Assembly: GCA_036172245.1 (NCBI GenBank)
Contig: JAYWIR010000031.1
Span: 62,001-126,000 of the forward strand
DNA from: Raillietiella orientalis
Taxonomy: Eukaryota
Length of the DNA stretch: 64,000 bases
Direction: 5' to 3'
Part shown: positions 36,959 through 50,150 of the stretch, piece after piece
How the letters are laid out: each line of letters opens with the position of its first letter
Numbering within the stretch: the stretch's first letter is position 1
Position numbers and translations under genes: made by a program
The notes under the pieces: generated by a model
What the model was told of the DNA's origin: nothing
Database searches by the model: none
The model's input: only the letters and a program-made list of their open reading frames with translations

Positions 36959-38059
36959 ATGTCCTCCATCTGCTCAGTGCTACTGGGCTTGTCGGTGGTC
37001 GCTGTGGACGTGACGACGAGGGTGTACGTCAGGGACCTCCGCCTGGCGAAGCATCAGATGGCGGCTGCGGCGGAGACCCCGACCAATGCGACCAGCAACC
37101 GGCTGGGGGACGACATCAACGTGGCATCCATCCTGACGACCATCATCCTCGTTGGAACCACCACGGCATGCCTCCCGGCGCTGATCCAAAAGTTCCGAAA
37201 AGGAGAGGGACCGGAGGAAGAAGGGGACGCCGCCGAGCGGCGCGTCCTGCGGACGTCGGCGATCGACCTCCTGGGGTCCGTCTCCCCTGCCGCCCCACGC
37301 GTCCTCTCCAGACGGACCGGGGACAGGTGTCCGCGGAACCAGGTGCCGTCGGCGGGTGGCAGGTGCCTCCGGCTGCTGACCCCCTGCGCTGAGGGCCGCT
37401 GGCTGCTCGCGGACCGGGCGACCGGGCAGGCGGTCTGCGCCCCGAAGGTCTGTCCCGGAAGAACCGTCTACTCGGTGGAGTCTCGGATGTGCCACCACGT
37501 TCTCGACCCCGCCCTTTGCGCCGGGCCGCACAGCCGGGCCTACGTCGACGCCCACGGGGACACCGTCTGCCGCTGTGCCGAAGGTCACGCCCCCGATGGG
37601 GAAGGTCGCTGCCACGCCCTCTTCTCCCGGGGGCCCTGCCCTCCTCTCCATGTCTGGACTCTCGGGGACAGGGGAGTGCTCTCCTGCTCTCCCCGGACGT
37701 GCCCTTACGGAGCGGTTCCCCTCCCGGAAGGCTGCGTGGGTGCAGGGATGCGCGCCTGTGGGAACGGCCGGCTCCCGGCCTTTCGGACGGACCCCCTCCG
37801 GCTGACCTGCCTGCCTCAGGAAGAGGCGCTGGAGCTTCTGTTGCTCCGCTCGTCGGAACTGGCCCTGCTCCAGCCTTGTCCCCATCCCTGGGTGGGGACA
37901 GAGGGCCTCGGGAAGTGCCGGACCCTCGTTCTGCCCTTCCTGCCCGCCGCCGGCGGCAGCACCCGAGTTGTCCGCCGTCTTGCGGCGGACGCGGTCTCTT
38001 TTCCGCCTCCCCCGTCGTGGGGTGGAAGCGTTGAGGCGCGCAAGCTGTGGAGGGCGTAG
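36959..38059 (+). CDS. Intronless Cys-rich DUF4789-like protein, 366 aa (paralogue of 15530-16798)
   Basis: ATG-initiated open ORF with signal/TM-like N-terminus (ICSVLLGLSVV vs VCPLMVGMSVV). Conserved CP.D/NQ..S..G.CL....C.E.RWL, C.P.VCP..TV.S, RAYV.A.G.TVC.C.EG..PD..G.CH.LFS.GPCPP...W. AATAAA at 38165-38170. Confidence 0.8.
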   Translation: MSSICSVLLGLSVVAVDVTTRVYVRDLRLAKHQMAAAAETPTNATSNRLGDDINVASILTTIILVGTTTACLPALIQKFRKGEGPEEEGDAAERRVLRTSAIDLLGSVSPAAPRVLSRRTGDRCPRNQVPSAGGRCLRLLTPCAEGRWLLADRATGQAVCAPKVCPGRTVYSVESRMCHHVLDPALCAGPHSRAYVDAHGDTVCRCAEGHAPDGEGRCHALFSRGPCPPLHVWTLGDRGVLSCSPRTCPYGAVPLPEGCVGAGMRACGNGRLPAFRTDPLRLTCLPQEEALELLLLRSSELALLQPCPHPWVGTEGLGKCRTLVLPFLPAAGGSTRVVRRLAADAVSFPPPPSWGGSVEARKLWRA

Positions 38060-40719
38060 GGGTCATTCCCCCTTTCCCCACCGCCGCTGCTCTTTCCCCC
38101 CTCTTCCGCCGCTGCTCGGAGGAGCGACGGTCCCGGTCGCGTAAGGAACATGGCGAGGCACCTCAATAAAGGTCTTCGGAGCGAGCGTCCGTAGTCTCTC
38201 GGGTCAGCTGCTGTTGCCAGCGGCGGAAGGGGGGACGGGAGGGGCGAGGGAGGAGTCCCACCCTTGCCTTCCGGCGAGGGTGGAGAAGTTGGCGGACGGG
38301 GCTCCCGGTCGAAGGAAGGCGGTGGGGGAGGGCCGTAGAGGGAGAGCAGAGGCAAGTGGGGGAGCACTCCTTGGTGCAGAGCACGCGCGTCCCTTGGGTC
38401 TTCCTGGGCCGGTCCCTATCGGGGCGGACGGTTCCTTCGGGACGGACAGGACCCCTCCGAAGCTTCCCACCTCACGCCCGGCCCTGCTCCGCCCGAGAGG
38501 ATCCTCCGAACGTGGGTCTCCGCGCCCAGGACGCTCTTCCAGACCCGTTCGGTTCGCCCGCGGATGGGTCGTGCGCACGCGCGAGCCTTTCCGGTCGAAC
38601 AAGGCCGTTCCTGTGCGGGACGCCCCTGAGATGCGGTCGTCGCAGGCTGCATTTCATGGGAGAGGCGCACGTACGTCACCTGGTCACTCCTTCCGGAGAA
38701 TTTCATCGTAAAGGACGATTCCCCCCCCCCCCTCCTCCCTCCTCCTCCTCGGACGGATCGCTACAGCGTGCCGCGGTAAATCGGATTGCGCGACTCGCTC
38801 GAGCGTGGGAGGGAGACGAACGCGGCTGCCGCTCGCCAGAGCTTTAGTGAGGCGATAATAGATGGCACTGCCGTTTGCGTGCTGGGCCGGAGCCGTTCGG
38901 GAAAGTTCTGAGGAGATTCCGAGCTACGCGGATTCACTGGGCATCCGGTGTGGCGGAAAGAGTCTTTATCCTTAGGGATGCAGGATGTCACAACATACGG
39001 GTATATTCACGGACACTTCTTGAATCAAAAAGTATGAAGCACAAAGGTAAATTCGTCTGTACTTCCTGAACGTACCATATGTATGTATGTCGTACGTGTA
39101 TACGTGTGAGAAAGACCACACTACATAATAATAGGTTTGATTCATTAAGATTGTATATGGATTAATGAGCGATTCATACTTACCAATATACAGAAACATG
39201 CATTTATATATGCATGCACATGCAGAAATACCTACAAATGAGAACGAGAATACCTACGAATGAGAATATACCTACAGTTCATTATGCATGTGATATATTA
39301 ATTGTGTGGAACTTATAATGCAAATGTCCCTATCGATAAGCAAAAGTGAAGTCTTATTCCTGTTGCTAAAGGAGGAATGGAGGCACAATGAGCTGAAGGG
39401 ATTGAGGGCGACTTTCACAAATTAGGGTCTGGTTGTGCAATCTCTGGTTAATTTTTGCATGTTTCGCGTTGCTGCATAGGCTGTTATCTGGTGGCGAAAA
39501 GCGGAAGCTGAGCTGAGTTGGTACGATCACAATCAACGAGGAACAGGCGCTAAAAAGGGAACTTTTAATTGGTGCACACGAAAGCAGCATGAATGCATTA
39601 TACCGTACCGATGCGCAGTTACGCTTCCCGGCCAACAAGTTTCCCAGCGGATACCGCTTCATTTGACCTTGGTACCTGCAGGGTACCACCCATCGATGGA
39701 ACCCAAGAGCGCAAAGTTTGTATGCGGCTGGTGGCGATCTAGAACGAAAAAACACACACACACACATGAAACACTTAAAAGAAAGCAAAGGAACAAAACC
39801 AGACAGATGCTGACAGAGAAAAAAAAAATCTGGTCACAAAAGATCACGGACCCATTCATGGTTTTGCCTGCAAATTCTAAAGTTCGTACTCTCTTTGATG
39901 GAAACAGTCTTCCAGAACAGCGAAACATACGTGAACAGAAGAGAACATACAACACGAGCCATAAGAAAGTGAAATGCAGCTCTCTGAAGTTGCAGTGGTC
40001 ATCTATAGCTTCAGTGAATACTTCTGGTGATGAAAAGAAGGAAAAATGGCATCGAAAGTCAACTTTTATTATTAATGGAGCTTACCCAATAAGCCAAAAG
40101 AAAGAAAGACGGAACAGCCACTGGAGACAAAGAGCATGATCTGAAAAGAGCGAAATGTTAGATGTTGCAATAGCACGCCATTTCCATCAGAGCTCTGCTC
40201 CTCACAGCCTGGCCGCCCGACAGAAGAGTCAAGGCACTTAAAACCTAAAGCCACAAAACCCTTCGCACCCTCGTAAGTGGTGTACACACACAGCGCATAA
40301 TACAGGGATGAAATGCAAAAGGAGAAAAATAGAGAATTCCATCAAACACGAGAGGAATAATGGTAATGGCTCCCAGGATCCAACACCCCACGACTATCCA
40401 AGCTGTAATTCAGCCTCTCATGGTTTCTTTTACAGTGTCATTAAGTTCCATTCTCTTCCACAGGACGTTTCCTTTTCATTCAGGAAGAACATTGTGCCTA
40501 ATGAAAACAAAACATACGAAGACATCTCCAAACTGACAAGTGAAATGAGGCCCAGCGTGTTTTTTTTTCTCGTAACAAAAAAAGGAACTCTGATTTCGAA
40601 CACCTCAAATCCAGAACTAATCTTAGAAACAAACTCAGTTTCCCTAATGAGAAATTAGCATGAAGAATAATGAAGAATATTTGTATCACTCGAGCCATTA
40701 GCCTGATACAAGAAAGTCT

Positions 40720-43700
40720 CCAGACGCCAGTGGAGGAGCAATCGACTACAGTCGTCTTTCGATAAGCTTCATTCCCTCAACTGGGAACTTTCCAGTAAAT
40801 ACTGGTGTGCAAGAAGTGTCGCAGATGTGAGCAATGCTTCCACAGAGCCTTTTCGTTGCCATATGCCTTCAGCACATGGCAACGAAAGCTTGCCGGTTGT
40901 GAGCAGATTCCGTGCAGGACCGAGCGCTTCGTTGCGTCGGCTGCCTGGACCATTCTCCCGTCTCACGAAGCTTCACGAGCACGTCTTGAAGAGTGATCGT
41001 CGGCATAATAAAATTCATACCGAGAGAGCGAAGGAAAGGAAAGGCTACCGCGCTCTCTCGTCGCTGGAAACTACAATTCCTGGCAGAGCATCTTCTGCGA
41101 TGACTCTTTGCTTCCTGATGTTCGCCTCTTGACACGGGCCTCCACAGGAAGTTCACCGACGGGAAAGGGAAGCTGAAGACACGAGGGAAGCACGCCGGGA
41201 TGAAGTGCGCGCCAACCTCCAACGCAGCCCACGCCCGAAACAAAAAAGCGCACCAGCAGTTTCGCGAACCGACTGCGAGCGGAAGCTTTCGTCCTTCCAG
41301 CGGGGAAGACTGTTCGACGGGGGTTCGTTTCTTTTCGTGTCGTTCCGATTGCTTGACATCAGCTCAGCCCCTTCCGACTGCACTCTTCCGCACGATCCCT
41401 CCGCTCTTTCCGCAGTCATGCAGGAACAATCCTTGCGGATAAAGCTTTTTCTTCGCCTCTGGAGGAAGAACGGCTAGGAGGGAAATCCACCAGGAACAGA
41501 AAGGGAACGACAACGCGAGAAAAATGCTCTCTCGACACTTTCGTCAAGTCTCCGCCTGATGTCCATCGACCGTTCCAGAACTCGATTCGCAAACGCGGAA
41601 CCCTAATCCACTCGAGGACGGTCTTCCTGCTTTCTTCAACAGTCCAGAGAGTCACCTCAGAGATTCGCTGCGGCATCACGGAAGAAAACGGCTTCACTCT
41701 TCTACGCGGGAACCAAAGCTGCAGAAGGATGCGAACATGCTCGGCTTCGACCCCTCTTTCCTTGAATACGCTACCTGCTTCGGTTCGCTGGAGCTGAAGC
41801 AACCCTCCGTGACAACGGTCTCGTCCTTGCAATCGATTCCTGCAAGGTTGCACGCTTTGCTAGGCAAAAGCGTTTTTCCTTTTGTTCCTTCTGGCTCCGT
41901 GGCGTGTGCAAAGAAGCGTTAAGAAACTGCAAGAATCGGTGGGGCCAGGAAGACAGGCTGTTCGGAATGCACACGCAGCTTTCCATTTGCATCGGCAGCG
42001 CGGCTACGACGGCGAGTTCGCGCGCTGTCGCGACATCAGGCGTGTTGTGGGCGAACTTCTACCAGAAATCCGCAGCATCCAATAAGGGCAGAACGAAGCA
42101 TGACGTCAATCTTTCGTTTTGACAAGCTCCGGATTCCCGCATCACCTTCTGCTGAGAGAACAGATCCATCGCTATCACGGCATCCATAGCTCCCGGCTAA
42201 CGGAACGGACTCGCAAGACACGGGAGCTCATGAAGCACAGGAAGCTCCGTGCGCCAAGGCGCTTTGCTCATCGCGCAGTCCTCAAGAATCCACCACCAAC
42301 GACTTTGGACGGGGTTTCCGGGCATTTTTCCAGCCCGGAGCTGCATTCTGCCTCGCTCAGGCGTGCCATGGCACCGCTGAGACGCGCGCTCTGCAGCCAC
42401 AGCAGAAGTACACGATGTGTTCTCGTTCCTCCTTTCACCGTATCTCATTCAAGGATGCAGCTCACCACCGATGCATCCAAACAACCGGAGGTCGCAAGCA
42501 CACACTCGGTAGTACTCCAGCAAGAATAAACAGAGTGGACATCTTTGACTTTGTCCGTGCAGTAGTCGATGTTTGCGCAATTTTCAAAGAGGAAATTTGT
42601 ATGCGTTATGCGAGTAGATTAGCAAAAAAGACATTCCTGCAGCTTCGCTCTCGGATACGTCAGTGCATCTCGCACGCGGATGCCAGGGAGGCCAACGAGC
42701 GACCTGAAAAAACCAATCAACTTGCCCGGGCGACTGCCCGTCGATGCGTTTCTCTTATGGCATAGTGGTAACTCGACTTGCCTTCGTCAGCCGTGCTGCA
42801 TGACGTCGACATCACTCGAGATTTCCGAGTTCGTCGAAGTTTGACGTTCCAAACGAGCAATCCTTCTCTTCTACGAAGGCAAACCGCTCCGGACGGCAAA
42901 GGTCAAACGTGACGGCAGCTGAGCATAGTGAACGGAGCTGCTGCGCACTGGAGATTCCGGTGTGATAGCTCTTTGCGGAAAAGGGAGCTGTTCGTTAAGG
43001 AGAGGACTGTGGAGAGAACGCCGTTTAGGGCTCGAGTGGTCCGGCCCAGTGTCCATGGACAACGAGGGGCCAACGTGGAATTCCCCGGCCACGTAGCGAA
43101 AGGCATGGAGGACAACGCAGACCGTGGACGCGAATGGCTCGATCGGGCCGACCGAGCCAGCTGCGTAAGGGACATCGCGCTGAACGGTGTCATCGCTGTC
43201 TTGTCGCTCTGTACGAATGCGGGATCCGGCAGAAGAGTGTGCGCACACACCAGCTGCGCTCGTGCTGCTGGAGCACATCGAAGATGAAAAGACGACACTG
43301 CCCTTGGCACCGTGCGAGACATCTCTGCAGAGCAACCGTCCCAAGCACTTGTACACGCAACTTGCCAATTCCCTTCCAAGCCTGTGCAAGCCTCGACTTC
43401 CTTGCAAGAAACCGAGCAAACCGAAACGCCTCTGCACCACCAACTGGTGGCACGCAGCCGTGCAGGGTTCACCGAAGGATCTAGAAGCTGTCCGCTGGCG
43501 AGTGCGCTCTCTCGGCCAGCGTGTGCTCTTCCGAACCGAGGCGGGCTGCACGTGGAATCCGTTCCTTTGCGATCGACGAGGATGCACCTTCAGGGATCGT
43601 GGAGGATGGCGACGTGTATGTGCGTGTGCGTAGAAGTCTTCGCACACCCTAGCAACGCTTACAATCGGGCATAAGGAAGGATAACAGCATCGCTCGTTTT

Positions 43701-44150
43701 TTTCCATCTGATACACCGAAATGCGCGATTCCAGTTTGCATTCAGAAATAAGAAGGGCACGGACTTATTAAAGATTCCACGCACACCTTCATCCTGATGC
43801 GTATCGTCCCGAAAAAGAGGAACCGATTCAAGTTGCATCCTCCCGTGTTTTGCACGGGGGTCGAGAACGCGCTTTTGTCTTGGTCGCCGCGGCAGTCGCG
43901 ACAGCTTCCTTGGTTGCGAGTCTGCTCTGTCGTCTTCCTGGTCTTTGATGCGGTTGCAACTCACCGGCCGACTCGCTGCTTCCACCAGGATGTATGTGTG
44001 CGTTGCTCTGCTTAGCCGAATCACGCGGAAAATCCCCTCTCTACCAAATCGGAATGTGCAAAGGCAATGCCCGCCTCCGTTGCTATCGGACCTGGAAGAT
44101 GCGATTCTTCGTTTGTTTACTATGTTCTTCTCGCGTATCGGCAGCAAGGA
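40720..44150 (+). pseudogene. JAK/hopscotch-like pseudogene (FERM-SH2-pseudokinase)
   Basis: In order: LHSLNWELSSKYW, PFRCHMP, DPSFLEY, SGFPHHLLL, SSRLTERT, VVDVC, REWLDRADR, PAALVLLEH, TQLANSL, CTWNPFLC, DVY..VEVFAH and RKIP..LLSDL. This is collinear with JAK JH7 to JH2. Confidence 0.55.
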
Positions 44151-44299
44151 TCTAACTTCAATCGCAATCTGGGCCTCTCATCTCTCGTTTCAAGATCTTT
44201 CTTAACTCAGGCTCAATTGATATTCTCCGCGTCCATCGCCGGTGCAGAGGGGACTGCGATGAACAGCCTGGCCTAGATGTCACCGTCAGGGGATCTGCT

Positions 44300-45883
44300 T
44301 CCTAGGAGCATCGAATCGCGAAAAATGGCGTTCTGTATCGCTTTCTGGAAGTCGATTCACTCGATCGCTTGATGTTCCGATTCGGGCGGCACCCGAAAAC
44401 TAGGACTGACGGGGACGAAAAGGGGCGCTCTGGAATTCTCTTGGAGAAAGTCCCAATTTCTTTCTGGTGGATGATTCCTTCGGAGATGCTGAGCCGAATG
44501 GGCTGTTTTGGATGCGGCGGCCCGAAGCATCTTGTGAGGGGCACGAACGTCACAGTGGGCGAGGGATCCGAGTCGGTGACTCGCTGTCCGATCTTCGAAG
44601 GAGATCCGAAACAGATGTATCCATCAGTTTCGACACAATGGACTTTCTGGTCCGACTCCGTGTACAAGTGATTTGCATATACATCGCTGTGCTTCTGCAA
44701 AAAGTGCTAGCAGAATGCCGTGCATGCCGATTAGAGGATCAGATGGCTATCAAGCTGCAATTTAAATAGTGGATGCGAAATGGATCGATCGCATGTGAGT
44801 ACCATTCGGTGGTGTATGTGGTGTAGATTCTTGTCAGCTTGCTGTCGATTGCAGCTAGGACCTCAAATTTATGAATCTTTCCCATATTTCTGGATCTAAT
44901 CATGAAGAAGGTTATTCTTTACTGTTTCCTTCTATTTGTTGGGATGTATGCAGAAACCGAGGTAACCGAATAAACATCAATATTTTTTTCAAAAGGAAAT
45001 CATGATATAGGGGAAAAATTTTTGGAGAACTGAAGAGAGGAAAGGGTATTTTCCAGAAAATGAAGAGTCTGTTCTTAATATGGAATTTATATACTTTTGT
45101 AATTTAATTTACAGTTTAAATGAAAGAATCAACGTTTCTTATGAGGAAACGACCATTAAATTCTTTTCAGAACATGGCAGTTTCCGATTCCTCTATCTGG
45201 CCCCGATGTGAGCAGCTTCGGGGACTTATAAGTTTCGTGCGAAAGGCCATACGTGGATTACGTTCGACACCAATAAGTCTCAAATGCTCTCCACATCCAT
45301 CTGAGGCTTCGATTCACTTTAGCATTGTGGCGAGCATTTGCTGATCCGTGAAAGAGCAGGGATGAGAATTTTCGTGTATGTCTGGACTGTCGAACGGTTT
45401 GCATCTCAGAGTGTCCGTTTGTGCTATTCTGAACTGAGAGTATTACTGAGAGTATCAAGAATTTGTTGCAGTTATCGTAATTGCTTAGCATTCTGCATTC
45501 TGGTTTTGAAGAAGAAAAATTCAGAAGTAGAAAATTCTGTTTTCGTGAGTTACATATATTTGTGGAACCATTGCGAGCTTCTCCGATCACGGAGGTTGAC
45601 CACACGATTCTTTCCCCATTTTCTACGAAAGACGCCCAGCGCCCACGAAACGTTCGTATTTACAAAGCCATCTCGTGGTAGCTTCGACGACTTGGGGAGG
45701 ATGCCCGCTAAGGATAATCAGAGCAAACATCTTCCGAGGAGGGTAAGGTGGAGAGGAGACGCAACGGATTCGGCGGATGAGAGCAACGCAGTTCGAAGTG
45801 AGCATTCTGATGATTGTAGGAGCACCAGAGAGTCTTCGATTCCATCGATTTGTAGGCACTTCTGTTAGATCTCTTCTCAGCAA
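44300..45883 (-). pseudogene. JAK-like FERM remnant
   Basis: NCVALIRRI..PP..RKMFALI...TTRWLC (cf. JAK2 P..HNMFAL...RIWY), SLLFHG..ARHN and IRLSISEGI. Confidence 0.55.
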
Positions 45884-46889
45884 CTGTCTCTTCTCAGAGC
45901 AAGTCTGCGTTGCTCAGCTTCTGTTTTAGGCTGAATCCATTAGAGAGGAGCTAATCGTCTATTCTTTAAACTTGATTTTTGTAGAGGCTGTAAGGGGCGC
46001 GACAAAAACACTCATCCCCGAATTCGTATGAATTCCTCAACCAAAGTGCCTATTTCTCTTAGAGTTGGTGAAGTTTAAGAATTATGCGTATCAGATTTGG
46101 TTAAGGCGTTACGAATAGTTTTACAGACTCTAAACTTTAAATTCTAAACAACTTGTTAATTATCTTTTTAATTATCTTCCCTTCACTTCTTTATACGGAA
46201 TGGCGAGAACGTCGTGGAAAACCGGAGATTATAGTCATTTGCGAGTAACACAGAGACCATTTTGAATTATCCGAATCTCACCTCTAAATGGCTTTCTCAC
46301 GCTGATTCGCGCCAAAGTTTCGTTGAAGGCCGATATTTGTGTCAACTGCTAATCGTAGGATGGAAATTTTTTCCTCAGCCATCGGTTTCTGAATGTTGGC
46401 AGGACTTTTTCTTACTATGGTCCGTAAAGTAATTTGTTTTCCCTGCTGGAGACGAACAGGACATGGACTGTCGTTCAAGGGATAATGAAGGGAACTATTG
46501 GCTCGTGGTACTCATGAGCTTTTCAATTGTAAATTTTCGAAATTACAAGATACTGTACAAACTGTTCTTCACACCCCCTTGATGTTCTTGCGCAACGGTT
46601 TGATCTTCACTACTTCATAGCTTTTCGTTCGTACACAATTTATCACCTCCCGTAGCTGATTATTTATCAGAGCTGCTGTACAATTTCATTTATGAGGAAA
46701 CGGAAAAAGTACGAGGAACTGAACTGTCTTTTAGTATCCTCATTGACATGCATTTTCACCTATGTCCTCTCAGTTTAGAAATAGCTTTCTTCGTCTTGAT
46801 GAGGGATACTCCAAAAGGAGATTGTCGACTTCTTACAGCATGATTTCATTGAATGTAGGATGCTCTGAAAGTCATTTATTGACGCTAAT

Positions 46890-49800
46890 TTCTGCATGTT
46901 TATTTTCGGCATCACAGATCTAAAATGGCTGAGGTTCACTTTTCAACACCGTTCAAACTGTGAAGAACGTCTTGAGAAATTTCGATATTTTTCATGCAAT
47001 TCCCACCCAGTGTTTTCCTCGAGCACTTTTAAAGCATATGGACACAGTTATGCCAGAAGGAATACTCAGCACACACATCGTCTACTGCTTTGCAAATGTG
47101 CTCAAGCCGAAGACATCTTCCGTAATTTCATTTAGCATCCACTGAGAAAAGAAGGAAAGCACTGTTCCAAAATTAAGAAAACTTCATCCCATCAGGATCG
47201 GTTCCCTGAATCGAACGCTCGGACATTCATAGATCATCCTCCGCAATATTCGCTTCGTCGACCATAGATATTTGTCTATATGAGGATGGAATGTTTCTTC
47301 TGATGACCGTTTCCCCAGATCTTGGTTTTGTGACTCATTAGAAGTAAAGTACGCAAAAAAAAAAAAAAAAATGATTAGGAGGCAGTCATCTACCAAAACG
47401 CCAGTGTAAACTTAGGACGGAAGATGGAACACAGCAAAAATTTCATAATTTTGAAAGCTCAAGTTATCCTGCAGCTGTTTTTTATCTGAGGCTTTATGTT
47501 CCCGCCAAAACAAACACTCTCTTAGACTTAAAAAAACCTGAGCTCTGTGTGAACTTGCAGCAGCTGCAAGTGGACGTGTGCAAACTTGTGACGGAAACTT
47601 GAACGAACCATATCTACCATATGGCACGTGAGAAATGGTCGCACGGACCTCGATCTTTGTCCAACCCTCATCTTGTGTCTTTTTTCGAAATACGAGCATG
47701 TGGGACTATATAATGGGCGAGAGTAGAAAATCATAAAGCAAAAGGCTGGAATTCGGGACTGGAAGTTTACGATGTCAAAATACTGTCACAACTCCTTCGT
47801 CGACTCCGGTTGAAGATCGGCTTTCCATGCAAAAGACTTCCGTGCTCTTTTGCATCACTACAAGATGGAAGTGCATTCTATTAGTTGTCAGACTTTATGA
47901 TGGTTTCGCTCTGGATGCTGTGCCACGATGGTCAGCCATCACATTCGCATCAAAAGTCTTCAATAAACTCTCGTAATGACTTCATATAAAGAACGACTAA
48001 GTATTTGACAGTGTTTCAACAAAGATGAAGATTAATTGCGAATTCTGATGAAGATCTTGATTTTGAACGTAGGTTTCAAGACAGCTAGCAATCCAAGATG
48101 AATGCAGTACAAGAATTCCAGTTTAAACTGCAAGAATTCCAGTTTCCAATGCGGCATAAAAAACGAAAAAACAAAACAAAACAGAGGGGTAGAAGCTGAA
48201 ACCCTGCAAAATGTTACATAACTCAACCTAGCAATCTTTTTGTGATTTATGAGGAAGGCGTGTTACGGCTATTATCAGTGTGAGTCACAGTCGGCTTGGA
48301 CATCGAAGACATAAGAAAATGCAGTGTTAACTGTTCTTGCCATAAATTCATCTGTTTCGGCATCATCCGAAATGAACGAACATTCTTTTTTCCCCTACTA
48401 GCAGTGCATCTTTCCTTGGTTGCGAGCGAAGAGGACCTCACCTATCGTGGAGGAAACAGGATAAGAAAATCTATGAATCGTTGCCACCGAGTTCTCGAGC
48501 AGAGTTGAACGAAGCAGATATACTTACTTTATCTTCCATCAACCAAGTCTTCGCACAAAAATGTCCTCATACCAACGTGAAAGGAAGGAGGAACGGCTGA
48601 GATGAGTTTTTTTTTTTTTTTTTTTTTCCTGTAGGAAATCCATCAAACAGAATTGGAATGTATCGGCCTATTTGCTTAGGGACCACCGCAGTGGTGAAGT
48701 GGTGATTCCTCTTCTCCTTCTCCGTGTCTTTGAAGAGAACAGATTTCAATTTTCTGTCCTTTCGAAATCCAAGCGGTGTATGCATGGGCCCGAAGAGCGC
48801 AGAAAGAAACAGTCGTTCCACGATCGATATGGAGTTTTTTTGGAAAATGAATCGGTGCAACGTGAGCCTTCGACTCTTCACGCCAGTGAGTACCGTACCA
48901 TTCCTGAGAACTGGAAATGGCTCCCTCTGGGGTGCTCGTGAATTTGGGAATCTTACCATCACGAAGCCTTCAGCGTTTTGGTTCAAACACTTCCCTTAAA
49001 ATCTCGTAAACCTTCTATCCCTGCAATTCAGCTTATTATTACGAATAATCACTTTGGCTTTGAATTTCTTCTATTTCTGGTAATCCGTTTTTGTATTTTC
49101 CACAATTTGACTTTTGCTCGTTCATGCTTTTGCCCTCATGCCACACCACCTGATCGTCGTAACACTTGCCCTCGAGCCTTCACAAATAACGAGAGAATCT
49201 TAGGATTCCCTCGTTATTTTTATGAGGCCCCCCCTCTTCTGCACCACAAACAGATCTTCGCAGGAGCGAAAACTCTTATGGAAAATTGGGACAAAACAAA
49301 CATCTGCTTTCAGAGATCCTGAAGCCAAAGCAAATTGAATTTCTGCGAGGCGCTATCGGAGCTCAAGGCAGGCGCTGTTGCAGCAAACTGAAATCTTCAG
49401 AGGAAAAATGGGCGAAGGAACGTTTTCCGCTTTTCGAATGTGACAGAGCGAGGATGCACCGCGAAGATTTTTTTTTTTTTTTTCCCCGCTTCTAAGAGGA
49501 AGGATGCCGTCGTCTTGAATTTTGTTCGTGGTGGAGTCTGCAAAGGCGAAAAAAAATATGTATATGTAATCAAAATTAACCGAAAAGAGCTCTAGGACAA
49601 CTGAAAGAACAAATCTGAAACATTTGGACTATACTATTCTTCCAAGATACAAACTAAGAAGGCATGCCCAACAAATAACGGGCATAAATCCAGATGCCCT
49701 AGCATCATTTTTTTTTGGTTTTTTCGAAGAAGAAGAATCATATACGGCAATTAGGAATGTCTTTCAGATTTTCAGATGTGACTCTGAAGTACGATGTGTG

Positions 49801-50150
49801 AAGCTTCGAACTGATGTTTCATCGTGATATGCTTCTGTAGTGACCGATTGGATGGAGCTCAATCCGTTTCCTCATAGATGTACATACATGTCTGTTTCCT
49901 TTGTACGGTATTCATCATAGGTCGCAAGACATCATCATGCTTGTGAGATGCAAAGCACAGCACGTGCTCTTCCCAGATTTCTCAGTCGACCATTGCGAGT
50001 TGCTGGTTCATCAACACGACACTCTTGCCCTTCGTCAAAGAACGTCATTGGAATAATGGTTGTAATCATTATCGAAAGAGGGAAGACATACAGATAGATC
50101 TATCGTTCTTCAAAAATCTATTTGAGGATGAAAGTTGCTGACTTTGAAAA
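46890..50150 (+). pseudogene. JAK/hopscotch-like pseudogene (FERM-SH2-pseudokinase)
   Basis: MFIFGITDLKWL..KFRYF, LLKHMD..VYCFANV, NLQQLQVDVCKLVTET, DIEDIRKCSV, GMYRP, RCMHGP..GVFLENES (cf. JAK SH2 CHGP..G.F.LRES), HAQQITG and IFRC..VKL. Confidence 0.6.

Noticed and set aside
36571..38367. Long antisense and alternative-frame ORFs (273, 301 and 312 aa)
   Set aside because: They are shadows of the GC-rich DUF4789-like gene.
39331..39338. DRE motif TATCGATA
   Set aside because: Isolated and not linked to a supported gene start.
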